Shown here one piece after another: positions 38,337 to 47,103 of a stretch of DNA of 64,000 nt. Numbering within the stretch: the first letter of the stretch is position 1; each line of letters starts with the position of its first letter. This DNA comes from Candidatus Aenigmatarchaeota archaeon. Lineage in GTDB: Archaea; Aenigmatarchaeota; Aenigmatarchaeia; CG10238-14; SCSR01. Where the stretch lies: positions 288,001 through 352,000 of the forward strand of contig JAVZHQ010000001.1 of assembly GCA_038998335.1 (NCBI GenBank). The letters run 5' to 3'. The position numbers and the translations under genes are program-made. The notes under the pieces are model-generated. The model made no database searches. It saw only the letters and a program-made list of their open reading frames with translations, and was not told the origin of the DNA.

Positions 38337-39194
38337 CTAGATTATGATGAAAAAGCCCCAGTCCTTCCATGCACCGAAGCTCATCCACCACCAAGCTGCT
38401 ATCACCCAGCCAAAGAATGTTAGTTTGCCATAGCCCCATGTGTATATCCAACCGTCTCCAAGCTCTGTCTGTATTATATTTTCGATGAACCATCTTATTA
38501 AGTATCCTACTAACGCTAATATTGCTCCGACCAAAGCTATTATTCCTGCCACAAACTTGCTAACAAGCTCTGGAACTGCTAGCAAGCCCGCGATTATCGG
38601 TCCTAAAAGCCCTGCTATGGAAGCAAAGGTTGACTTATACTTTGCATCCTCTAAAGTGTATTGAGGAATGTGATGATGATGCTTTGAAGCTCCGTTTAAA
38701 GTATAGGCTTTGTTCTTAGCTAGTGGATAGTAGGTTTCTATGTTGTCAGGATGGTCGTACTTAACCCAGAAATAATCGCTTCCAGGAGCTCTAACAAAAA
38801 GTATACCATCCCAATAGTATTTTGGTAAACTTAAACTAGAAGTTGTTGCCATAACTCTATAGCCTGGCTCTATGAAAAGCCAAGAAGGCATAGGCACTCT
38901 AGGAGGTTTTGGCTGAGGATATATTTTTGCTATTGGATAAGGATCAGACTTTATTGTTATTACCCTTCCTTCAACAGTAGTTTTTACTTCAATCTGAACG
39001 TAGTGTTGACCTGCTTTTATTATGTCAAACCTTTTGGCATAGACTTTGAAACCATTTATTTCAAACGTTTTTGAAGTTTCTATGGTTAAATTTGTGTTTA
39101 ATAGCGAGACACTTGCATAAGTTGGCAGAGCTACACTTGAACTTAGCACTAGGAAGAGAAGCAGCGCTACTATTGCTACTTTGTACTTTCGCAT
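38337..39194 (-). CDS. Secreted protein with C-terminal hydrophobic helical hairpin (285 aa)
   Basis: Signal peptide MRKYKVAIVALLLFLVLSSSVA; Gly/Ala-rich hydrophobic C-terminal region; start moved to 39194. Confidence 0.75.
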   Translation of the reverse strand: MRKYKVAIVALLLFLVLSSSVALPTYASVSLLNTNLTIETSKTFEINGFKVYAKRFDIIKAGQHYVQIEVKTTVEGRVITIKSDPYPIAKIYPQPKPPRVPMPSWLFIEPGYRVMATTSSLSLPKYYWDGILFVRAPGSDYFWVKYDHPDNIETYYPLAKNKAYTLNGASKHHHHIPQYTLEDAKYKSTFASIAGLLGPIIAGLLAVPELVSKFVAGIIALVGAILALVGYLIRWFIENIIQTELGDGWIYTWGYGKLTFFGWVIAAWWWMSFGAWKDWGFFIII

Positions 39195-39293
39195 TTTTTC
39201 TTTCCTCCTTTTTCTTGCCCCACCCACGGCTGGATTTTGGGGTACGTGGGGCTTGGCCCCAGGCTTAAAAGCCCTCCAGCCCACAGAAAAAAA
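39195..39293 (-). repeat. 99-bp GC-rich direct repeat copy B
   Basis: Identical to 34160-34258. Confidence 0.95.
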
Positions 39294-39309
39294 AGAGGGA
39301 AAATGAAAG

Positions 39310-41448
39310 CTATTCCTTTTCTTCTTCCTCTTTGTCTCTCTTTTCTAGAAATTCTGTCAACTGCTTTGCTATGAGTTTTGCTGGAAGTGTTTGAGACACT
39401 GGCTTAACTATAGCCTTTATCAAAGAACCTATGCCAATTAGCACAAAGATTATTCCAACTATGCAGCAAATGTAACCTATTGCCATATCCAAGGCTGGAA
39501 CCGAGAGTAATGTCCATGAACCTATTTTCCAGTCTATTATGCCTATGGAAAGTTTTGCAAATATCAGATACTTTAGAAAGAATAAACCTAGAAAGAACGC
39601 AACGATACCGCAAAGGATTATCGAGATAGGAAACTTGAACCTTTGCCATACTGGTATGGTTACCTCTTTTACTATCTTTTTGCCTTCTTTTGCTGCAGTT
39701 TTTGCTAACTCTTTTGCCTTCTTTCTTTTGTACTCGTCTCTTGCTATTGCTCCTACTGTTACAATCATTGAAGTAATGCATACCGTTGCAAGAACCCAAA
39801 CCCAAGGACTAATTCCATGTTCACTTATTGGCTTGTCAGGATCAGAGTCTGGGTCTGGATCAGGTTTTGGATTTGGCGGAGTTCTGTCAACTATTTCTGT
39901 GTTGTTATCTGGCAGGACTGGTGGCAAAAGTTTGAAGCTTAAGTAAGCGTTGCTTGTCACTAGCCCATCCCAAGACCTTTTCACGTAGAAAAATACCTTT
40001 CCTTCTGTTTCGCTTGCTACGCCCAGGTTTTCCACCTCAAAACTAAGCTTTTCTGTTTCATTTGGCTTTAAAGTTATAGTAACGCTAGTAGGTTTAATAG
40101 AAGCTCTTGAAGTGCTTGTGTCAGCAATAACAATTGCAGAACTTGCTGTTTTTGCGTACTGCTTCAACACTACTTCACACTTTCTTTTCCCTGCTGCTTC
40201 TATCTCTGAACTTCCAACCCACTTCACGCTTTCTATTCTTATGTCAGCAATCGGTGGCCTATAAACCCAAGTTTCAGCAAGCTCAGTAGGAACAAAGAAA
40301 GTAACTATCGGAGCTCCGCTATAAGCTCCCCATGGAATTTCCACTATTACAGCATGAGGTTCGCCGTCTTTCATTTCTATCTGCCATTTATAACCTCTTA
40401 GCCATGTTTTGGCAATGTTTCCTTGACTTGTCATTTTATTTAGGTACCACATCAAGCTGTAGTCGCCTTCGCTTGGGTAGATGGGTGGAGCTATAGGATC
40501 TCTTATGAAGTTAATGTCCCAAAATCCATCTCGTGCAACCCAACCTTTTTCTGAATCGATTATCGGATAAGCTAAATCTGGCTGCTTGAAAGGTGCTGGA
40601 CTACCTGCAACATCCTTATCGCTTACTGCACAAGGATTCCATCTTACTACGCCGAACCAGAAGGTAGAGTAAGCTTTGCTGTCCTTTATATAGCAAAGTA
40701 CGCAACTTTTTGAAGGATAGTATACTGTGGTAGCACCATGATCATATCTTATATATTGGAGTGCTTCGCTTGTAAAAATGTAGTTCTCGTTGAAAAGGAC
40801 TATTTCAGGAACATGTGGCTCTGAGAAATCACCCTCTAGTCTACCTAAGTTTTTGATTAGTACAGGACCTTTTGGTGTGTTAACCACGAATTCCTTTTCT
40901 CCTGCCTCTGTGTTTAGCGAAGCTTTGCCCATTAGAGTACCTTCTAGATAAACAGAAACTTCGAAGATTGTGTATTTTTCCCAACTAGGCTCTCCCCATT
41001 GGTAATATTTAACTACTGTTGCTGGTATAGAAACATCTTTTTCGTACCAAACGTTACCGATAAGTTTGCTCGCGCATCCTCGATAAACTTTTGGTGCAAC
41101 TATTCTGTCTTCTATGGGAGCAAGCTTAAGTAATCTTTTGAAATAGGACTTTACTGGTTTTATTACTATTTCCACCGTTTTCTTCGTTTTTATCTTAGCT
41201 CCTTCTTCATCTTTCAAAGGCTGCGTTGTGTTTGCAGGAAGTTTTATTCTTCCCTCAAAGTTGTCCATCTGGTCTACTGCTGCAGTAAAAACCCAGTAGC
41301 CCCCTCGCCAATTCCCTGAGCTATCCTCGTCACCACCTTGCAACTGAACGTTTTGCGGTGGGGTTAAAAGTGTTGCTTCGCAGCTTACTGTTAAGCTAAG
41401 CACTAGGAAGAGAAGCAGCGCTACTATTGCTACTTTGTACTTTCGCAT
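39310..41448 (-). CDS. Large surface protein: signal peptide, beta-rich ectodomain, Pro/Asp linker, C-terminal TM helices
   Basis: Same N-terminus as the 285-aa ORF; PPNPKPDPDPDSDPDKP linker; three C-terminal hydrophobic segments. Confidence 0.8.
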   Translation of the reverse strand: MRKYKVAIVALLLFLVLSLTVSCEATLLTPPQNVQLQGGDEDSSGNWRGGYWVFTAAVDQMDNFEGRIKLPANTTQPLKDEEGAKIKTKKTVEIVIKPVKSYFKRLLKLAPIEDRIVAPKVYRGCASKLIGNVWYEKDVSIPATVVKYYQWGEPSWEKYTIFEVSVYLEGTLMGKASLNTEAGEKEFVVNTPKGPVLIKNLGRLEGDFSEPHVPEIVLFNENYIFTSEALQYIRYDHGATTVYYPSKSCVLCYIKDSKAYSTFWFGVVRWNPCAVSDKDVAGSPAPFKQPDLAYPIIDSEKGWVARDGFWDINFIRDPIAPPIYPSEGDYSLMWYLNKMTSQGNIAKTWLRGYKWQIEMKDGEPHAVIVEIPWGAYSGAPIVTFFVPTELAETWVYRPPIADIRIESVKWVGSSEIEAAGKRKCEVVLKQYAKTASSAIVIADTSTSRASIKPTSVTITLKPNETEKLSFEVENLGVASETEGKVFFYVKRSWDGLVTSNAYLSFKLLPPVLPDNNTEIVDRTPPNPKPDPDPDSDPDKPISEHGISPWVWVLATVCITSMIVTVGAIARDEYKRKKAKELAKTAAKEGKKIVKEVTIPVWQRFKFPISIILCGIVAFFLGLFFLKYLIFAKLSIGIIDWKIGSWTLLSVPALDMAIGYICCIVGIIFVLIGIGSLIKAIVKPVSQTLPAKLIAKQLTEFLEKRDKEEEEKE

Positions 41449-41807
41449 TTTTCTTCTTTCCTCCTTTTTTTATTTTCCTCATCATCTCGAGGAATTCTGC
41501 CATAGCTCAACTATGACTGTAAGAAGCCTCTCCCTTCCCCTAAAACTCTAAAGACAGCGCTTTTTCTTTCCCAAGACAAGTAGCTTTCAAAATTTTATAG
41601 AAGGCGATATTCTTGAGTACTTCACTTTTTTGTTTTTTTCTTATCTTGTTAGCTACTCTATCCAAAACGAATTTTGCACAGTCCTTTTGTAAGTGTAAAT
41701 TAGGTAAAGTAAGAGCATATGGATAATTTACTGCAAGCCATAGAAAGAAAAGTTTATAAAGAGAGAAAGGTTTTTAAATCTTTATATCTATTATTAACTA
41801 TTAAAAA

Positions 41808-42575
41808 GTGGTAACCATGAAAATATTTACCGACTTAAACGATACCTTAGTTAATTGTAAGTTTGGTAACTTAGACTTGGCAATAGTTAAAGAACTTGAC
41901 AAGTATTACCCAGGAATTTTTAGGGATGCCATGAACGAGCTATTAGAAATTGCAAGCTGGGAAGATAAAGTAGCAAGAGCGTTTAAAGTTCTGGGCAAGT
42001 ATAGGGTCTCAAAAGAAGATTATTCTTGTGTTGCCGAGCAACTGGTAAATGGAAATGGTGTGAAGGTTTTTGAGCCTGTGATTAAAAGCTTGGAAAAGGT
42101 TTCTGACGTTTTAACAGGAATCTATATTTTTACAGGAAGTTCTCAAGAGGTTGCTGACCTTTTAACTGAGAAGAAAATTAAACCCTTACTTCCAAGTTAT
42201 GTTGAACTAATGGTTTTTGCCACACAACTATGCGAAGAAAAGGGAAGTTATACAGGAAAACTTAAGACTCTTTACGGTTTTAACGAGAGAAAAGAAATTA
42301 CAAGAAAATTGAAAGTTGGCGATGTTTCGGTGGGAATAGGAGATAATTATGCTACCGTTAACCAAGGTATGGTAAGAGAAACAAACTATGGAATTTTTCT
42401 TTCCAAAAAATGGAACACTATAGACAGGAAGGGGAATATTTTTTATGTAAGGCCAAAACACTTGTACGTTGCTATCGAGCAAATACTAAACGAAAGCTTA
42501 CCAGTTTGCAAGTGGATAATAAAGTGCGATTTGAGTGAGGCTTATGCAAGAGAAACTAATCCAAGAACTAAGTAA
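41808..42575 (+). CDS. HAD-superfamily-like hydrolase
   Basis: IFTDLNDTLV motif I, IFTGS motif II, VGIGDN motif IV. Confidence 0.7.
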   Translation: MVTMKIFTDLNDTLVNCKFGNLDLAIVKELDKYYPGIFRDAMNELLEIASWEDKVARAFKVLGKYRVSKEDYSCVAEQLVNGNGVKVFEPVIKSLEKVSDVLTGIYIFTGSSQEVADLLTEKKIKPLLPSYVELMVFATQLCEEKGSYTGKLKTLYGFNERKEITRKLKVGDVSVGIGDNYATVNQGMVRETNYGIFLSKKWNTIDRKGNIFYVRPKHLYVAIEQILNESLPVCKWIIKCDLSEAYARETNPRTK

Positions 42576-43335
42576 TCTTGGATTAAGCAATTATGAAGCT
42601 AGAGTTTACTTAGCTCTAGCTTTAAAAGGGCCTTTAACAGGTTTTGAAATAAGCGAAGTTAGCAAAATTCCTTACCCAAAAGTTTACGAAACAATAAACA
42701 AACTTAAGCTTAAGAATATGATAGAAATTTCCTTCGAAGGAAAGCATAGGAAATTTAAAGCTGTTGACCCAGAAAATGCTTTTCAAAGATTAGTAAGAAC
42801 AAAGGAAGAAGAAATTCTTGAGTTTAAAAACAAAGTAAAAGAAGTTTCAGAACTAATAAAAAGCCAAAATCAAGAGGACAAACAAGATGGAAGTTTATGG
42901 ATTTCCCAAGGAAATAGAGAATTCTTGGAAAAAGTTTCTTTTATGATAGAAAAAGCAAACGATTATGCTTATGGCTTAACCAGAAAATTCTCAAGAATTG
43001 CTGAGTTGGATGAAGAGATTATTAAGGCAGCAAAAAGAGGGGTTAAGATTAAACTTCTTGGTACTTCTTCTTTTGACGAGATAAGCTTAGCAAGAGCTCA
43101 ATGGTATGTTGCAAACAAAATAGAAATAAGAACTTTAGAGTTAGAAGAACAACCAAGAATTTGTTTAATAGACGGGAAAGAAGTTTGCATAAGAATAGAT
43201 AACCAAAACAACTCGCAGGTTATTTGGTCTGACAATCCACACTTGGTTAACTTGATTAAAAAATATTTTGAGCTTTTGTGGGAAAAAGCAGAAGAATTCA
43301 AACTTCCAAAAAATACTTTAACTTCTTCCTTCTAA
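42535..43335 (+). CDS. TrmB family transcriptional regulator
   Basis: LGLSNYEARVYLAL, SKIPYPKVYE; PLD-like C-terminal domain. Confidence 0.92.
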   Translation: MRLMQEKLIQELSNLGLSNYEARVYLALALKGPLTGFEISEVSKIPYPKVYETINKLKLKNMIEISFEGKHRKFKAVDPENAFQRLVRTKEEEILEFKNKVKEVSELIKSQNQEDKQDGSLWISQGNREFLEKVSFMIEKANDYAYGLTRKFSRIAELDEEIIKAAKRGVKIKLLGTSSFDEISLARAQWYVANKIEIRTLELEEQPRICLIDGKEVCIRIDNQNNSQVIWSDNPHLVNLIKKYFELLWEKAEEFKLPKNTLTSSF

Positions 43336-43343
43336 ATTAATGT

Positions 43344-44606
43344 ATGATTCAGCTTAACTTCCTAGGAGCTTTAAACACAGTAGGAGCTTCTGGAGTTTTT
43401 ATCGATAATGGAATAGAAAAAATTCTTTTAGATTATGGGACAAAAATTCAGGAAATTCCTCCAAAATTTCCTTTGTCTGTTTCTCATCCAATAGATGCTT
43501 TGCTTCTCTCTCATTCGCATCTAGACCATTCAGGTGGAATGCCGATACTTTTTAAAAACTCCAACTCATGTCCAATTTTTGCTATAAACGTTAACAAAGA
43601 ATTGGTTGAGCTTCTTTTGTTTGATTCTATTAAAGTGAGTAGGGAAGAAGGGGTTGAGCTACCTTTTAGAAAAAGAGAAGTGAAAAAGACAATAAAAAAT
43701 TTTTTACCTGTTAACTATAGAGAAAGTTTTAAGATTCATAAAAGCAAGATAACTTTTTTTGACGCAGGTCATATTCCTGGCTCTGCAATGATTTTTATTG
43801 ATTTTGGTGAAAAAACCTTACTTTATACAGGTGATTTTAACACCATAGAAACAAGACTTTTGAAAAAAGCAGACTTAAACTTGCCAGAAATAGATGTTTT
43901 AATAACAGAAAGTACTTATAGCGATAGAGACCATCCTGAAAGAAAAGAGCAAGAAAAAGAGCTGATAGAAACTATAAGGGAAACTTTGTCAAGAGATGGA
44001 ATTTGCTTGATAGCTGGTTTTGCTGTTGGAAGAATAGACGAAATTCTACTTGTCCTTGATTCTTATGGAATAGACTATCCTGTTTTTGTTGACGGAATGG
44101 CAAAAAAAGCCATAACAATAATAAACAAGTACAATAATTTGCTAAAAAACCCAAAAAGCTTGGATAAAGCTTTGGAAAAAGTAGAGTATGTAAAAAGCCA
44201 GAAAATGAGAAAAAGGATTTTAAAAGAACCTTGTGTTATTCTTTCAACTAGCGGGATGCTTTCTGGCGGGCCAATAGTTGAGTACATAAAAAGGCTTTAT
44301 TCAAGAGAAGATTGTAGTCTTGTTCTTACCTCTTTTCAGCTAGAAGGTACTCCTGGCAAAACATTGCTTGAAACAGGAAGATATATAAATGAAGAGCTTG
44401 ACTTAGATGTAAAAATGCAGGTTAAAAGACTTGATTTTTCTTCTCATGTTGGAAGAAAGGGTTTGTTTGAGTTCATAGAAAAAGTTTCTCCTGAAAAAGT
44501 TTTTTGTGTACATGGCGATCATACACAAGAGTTTGCCTCTGAGCTTAAAGAAAAAGGTTTTGACGCTGTTGCTCCTTTAGCAAACAACAGAGTTTTTAAT
44601 CTTTAA
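43344..44606 (+). CDS. MBL-fold beta-CASP ribonuclease
   Basis: SHSHLDHSG, AGHIPGS, YTGD, ESTY, FSSH, VHGD. Confidence 0.93.
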   Translation: MIQLNFLGALNTVGASGVFIDNGIEKILLDYGTKIQEIPPKFPLSVSHPIDALLLSHSHLDHSGGMPILFKNSNSCPIFAINVNKELVELLLFDSIKVSREEGVELPFRKREVKKTIKNFLPVNYRESFKIHKSKITFFDAGHIPGSAMIFIDFGEKTLLYTGDFNTIETRLLKKADLNLPEIDVLITESTYSDRDHPERKEQEKELIETIRETLSRDGICLIAGFAVGRIDEILLVLDSYGIDYPVFVDGMAKKAITIINKYNNLLKNPKSLDKALEKVEYVKSQKMRKRILKEPCVILSTSGMLSGGPIVEYIKRLYSREDCSLVLTSFQLEGTPGKTLLETGRYINEELDLDVKMQVKRLDFSSHVGRKGLFEFIEKVSPEKVFCVHGDHTQEFASELKEKGFDAVAPLANNRVFNL

Positions 44607-44661
44607 AACAAAAATATTAACCAAAAAGTAGTAAAATTTAAATATTTATCACTCAATAATA

Positions 44662-44940
44662 GTGACTATGAAAGGAAATGAGTTAGAGTTTTGCACAGAA
44701 AAATACAAGAAATGGCGCAACATAGCTTTAAATTCAGAAAATTTGGAAGAAGCTAAAAAAGCAGCTGAAAGAGCGTTTTTCTGGTTAGAGCTTTATTCAG
44801 CTTACTTAGCTATATTATCAGCAGAGAAGCTTGCTAAGCATAATAAAAAACTAAAAAATAAAATTTTTGCTGCAAGAATAAAAATTTGTAAGAAATTGAA
44901 CGAATACTCAAAACAAATGCTTAACGATTTAAGACTGTAA
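44662..44940 (+). CDS. Hypothetical protein
   Basis: Helical ORF, no motif. Confidence 0.6.
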   Translation: MTMKGNELEFCTEKYKKWRNIALNSENLEEAKKAAERAFFWLELYSAYLAILSAEKLAKHNKKLKNKIFAARIKICKKLNEYSKQMLNDLRL

Positions 44941-45837
44941 GTTTTTGAGAGTTTCCAAGAATTTTTCCGTTGATAAAAATCCTTTTATGCTTGCTCCTCC
45001 TGCTGTTGTATGACCCCCTCCTCCAAAAAGGTTAACTATTTTATAAACATCTTTTCCGGTGTGGCTTCTTAGCTCAAGTTTTGTGAATATCGTGTTTTTA
45101 AGTTCATCAACTTTATGGAATATTGCTGCGATGAAATCAAAAGGTGCGTTAGAATGTTCTTTAAGCTTATCGTTTATTATGTGAACTGGTATCGGATTGT
45201 TAGACTCATAAACTGCTATTCTGTTTCCATTCACTTCAAACACCTTAGCTTTTTTTAACACGTCTTCCTCTGCTTGTCTTTTCCACTCGTAGTAATTTTT
45301 CAAAAGTATTGTAATGCTTTTGTTTTGCTCAAATTTTTCTATTCCAGAAAAAGCTAAATCTCTAGCTAAACTCCTTAGCTTATGATAAGATTTAGTAAAC
45401 TTGATTGCAGCTATCAAATCTCTTAGAAATAAAGCTTCATCGCTTTTAATCTCGTTTCTATCTATTTCATTTGCTATTCCTATTAAATTTGATTCTATTC
45501 CAAAATACTTACCAACAAGCTGAGAGGCGCTTGGGCTTGAGCTATCGACAAAAACCTCAACGTTTTTATATTCTTCTTGCTTTGGCCAAATATGGTGGTC
45601 TATCCAAACAGCTTTTTCAAAAAGAGAAGATAGAAGAAGGGATTTGCTATCAGCAGAAATGTCAAAAACATAAAGCTTTCCTAGCTTTCCTTTGATTATA
45701 CAAGAGAATAAAGTTTTTTTGATTTTAGAAGGCGAGGAAAAATAAACATTAGCTTTACTTCCAAATTTTTTAAAGAATAAGGATAAGCAAATTATTCCGT
45801 CTGCATCGTTATGAGTTATGACAAGAGGAATTTCCAT
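44929..45837 (-). CDS. DHH/DHHA1 family phosphoesterase
   Basis: THNDADG, WIDHH, GGGGHTTAGG. Confidence 0.92.
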   Translation of the reverse strand: MEIPLVITHNDADGIICLSLFFKKFGSKANVYFSSPSKIKKTLFSCIIKGKLGKLYVFDISADSKSLLLSSLFEKAVWIDHHIWPKQEEYKNVEVFVDSSSPSASQLVGKYFGIESNLIGIANEIDRNEIKSDEALFLRDLIAAIKFTKSYHKLRSLARDLAFSGIEKFEQNKSITILLKNYYEWKRQAEEDVLKKAKVFEVNGNRIAVYESNNPIPVHIINDKLKEHSNAPFDFIAAIFHKVDELKNTIFTKLELRSHTGKDVYKIVNLFGGGGHTTAGGASIKGFLSTEKFLETLKNLQS

Positions 45838-45866
45838 ATTTATTAAATTATTGCCAATTTATTTAT

Positions 45867-47072
45867 ATGAAGAAAAGTTTAAGAAAAAAGGTTGTTTTTT
45901 TGGTTGTTGATGGGTTAGCTGATTTACCTATAAACAACAAAACTCCTTTAAGCGAGGCAAAAAAGCCTAACCTTGATTACTTTGCTTCTAACGGTTTGCT
46001 AGGGCAAATAATTCCTGTTAAAAAGTCCTACTGGAACGAATTAACAAGAACTAGTGTAAGTCATATAGCAAACATTTCCTTGCTTGGTTTTAACCCTTAT
46101 AAACTTGAAATTAAAAGAGGTCCTTTAGAAGCTGTTGGGGCAAACATCCCTTATACTGAAGGACATTTAGCAGTAAGATGCAACTTTGCTACTGTTGATA
46201 AAGAGCTAACTGTTTTAGATAGGCATATAGGAAGAAACTTTTCTGGCTTGGATGAAATCGCAAGAACAATAAACGAACAAGTTAATATTGGCGTACCTTT
46301 TGTTTTTATGCGAACTTATGGACATAGAGCAGTTTTAATAATAAAAGAAAAATTGAGCGATAAGATAACGGATTCTGACCCTTATTATGACGGAGAAAAG
46401 GTGAGAAGAGTTGAGCCTTTGGAGCCAGAAGCAAAAAGGAGTGCAGAACTTGTTCAAAAGTTTTTAGATAGAGCAAGGGAGCTTATAGAGTTTCATCCTG
46501 CTAATGAAAAAAGGATTAAAGATGGTTTGCCGCCAGCAAACTATATAATAACAAGAGAAGCAGGAAACAAACTGCCTTCTTTACCAAACTTTTCGAAAAA
46601 GTATAAGGTAAAAGCTGTTTGCGTAGCTGAAAACGGAGTGATGAAAGCAACTTGCTTGCTTGCAGGCTTTAACGCAATAACAGTTCCTGAGCTCAAGTTT
46701 CAGCCCAGCTTAAAATTTATATTCGATAGCATAGACGCTGCTTTGGCTGAGTATGATTTTGTTTATGCTCACATAAAAGGGCCTGATGAGCCTGCTCATG
46801 ATGGCGACTTCCATAAAAAAAGAGAAATGATAGAAGAAATTGACAGAAAGCTTGAGCGTTTCAGGAATTTTAAGGGAATTTTGGTTGTAACTTGCGACCA
46901 TATTACTTCTTGCAAAACAAGAAAACATGAATTTGGAGCAGTGCCGGTATTAGTTTACGGAAAAGGGAAAGGGAAATCAAAAAGTTTTAGCGAGATGGAA
47001 GCTGAGAAAGGGAAGCTTGGACTAATAACTGGAAAGAAACTAATGGAGTTTATTTTGAAGGATTCTAACTAA
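45867..47072 (+). CDS. apgM: 2,3-bisphosphoglycerate-independent phosphoglycerate mutase, archaeal type
   Basis: VVDGLAD, RGPLEA, HIKGPDEPAHDGD, TCDH. Confidence 0.9.
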   Translation: MKKSLRKKVVFLVVDGLADLPINNKTPLSEAKKPNLDYFASNGLLGQIIPVKKSYWNELTRTSVSHIANISLLGFNPYKLEIKRGPLEAVGANIPYTEGHLAVRCNFATVDKELTVLDRHIGRNFSGLDEIARTINEQVNIGVPFVFMRTYGHRAVLIIKEKLSDKITDSDPYYDGEKVRRVEPLEPEAKRSAELVQKFLDRARELIEFHPANEKRIKDGLPPANYIITREAGNKLPSLPNFSKKYKVKAVCVAENGVMKATCLLAGFNAITVPELKFQPSLKFIFDSIDAALAEYDFVYAHIKGPDEPAHDGDFHKKREMIEEIDRKLERFRNFKGILVVTCDHITSCKTRKHEFGAVPVLVYGKGKGKSKSFSEMEAEKGKLGLITGKKLMEFILKDSN

Positions 47073-47103
47073 CTTTTTATTTAAAAAAATCGAATTTCAA
47101 ATT

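Noticed and set aside
39195-39284. N-terminal extension of ORF 38337-39284, and ORFs 34102-34302, 34104-34352, 39071-39268
   Set aside because: They read through the non-coding 99-bp repeat; a strong SD and signal peptide place the real start at 39194
30100-41450. Provirus or integrative element
   Set aside because: No recognisable integrase, capsid, terminase or replication gene; not adjacent to the tRNA
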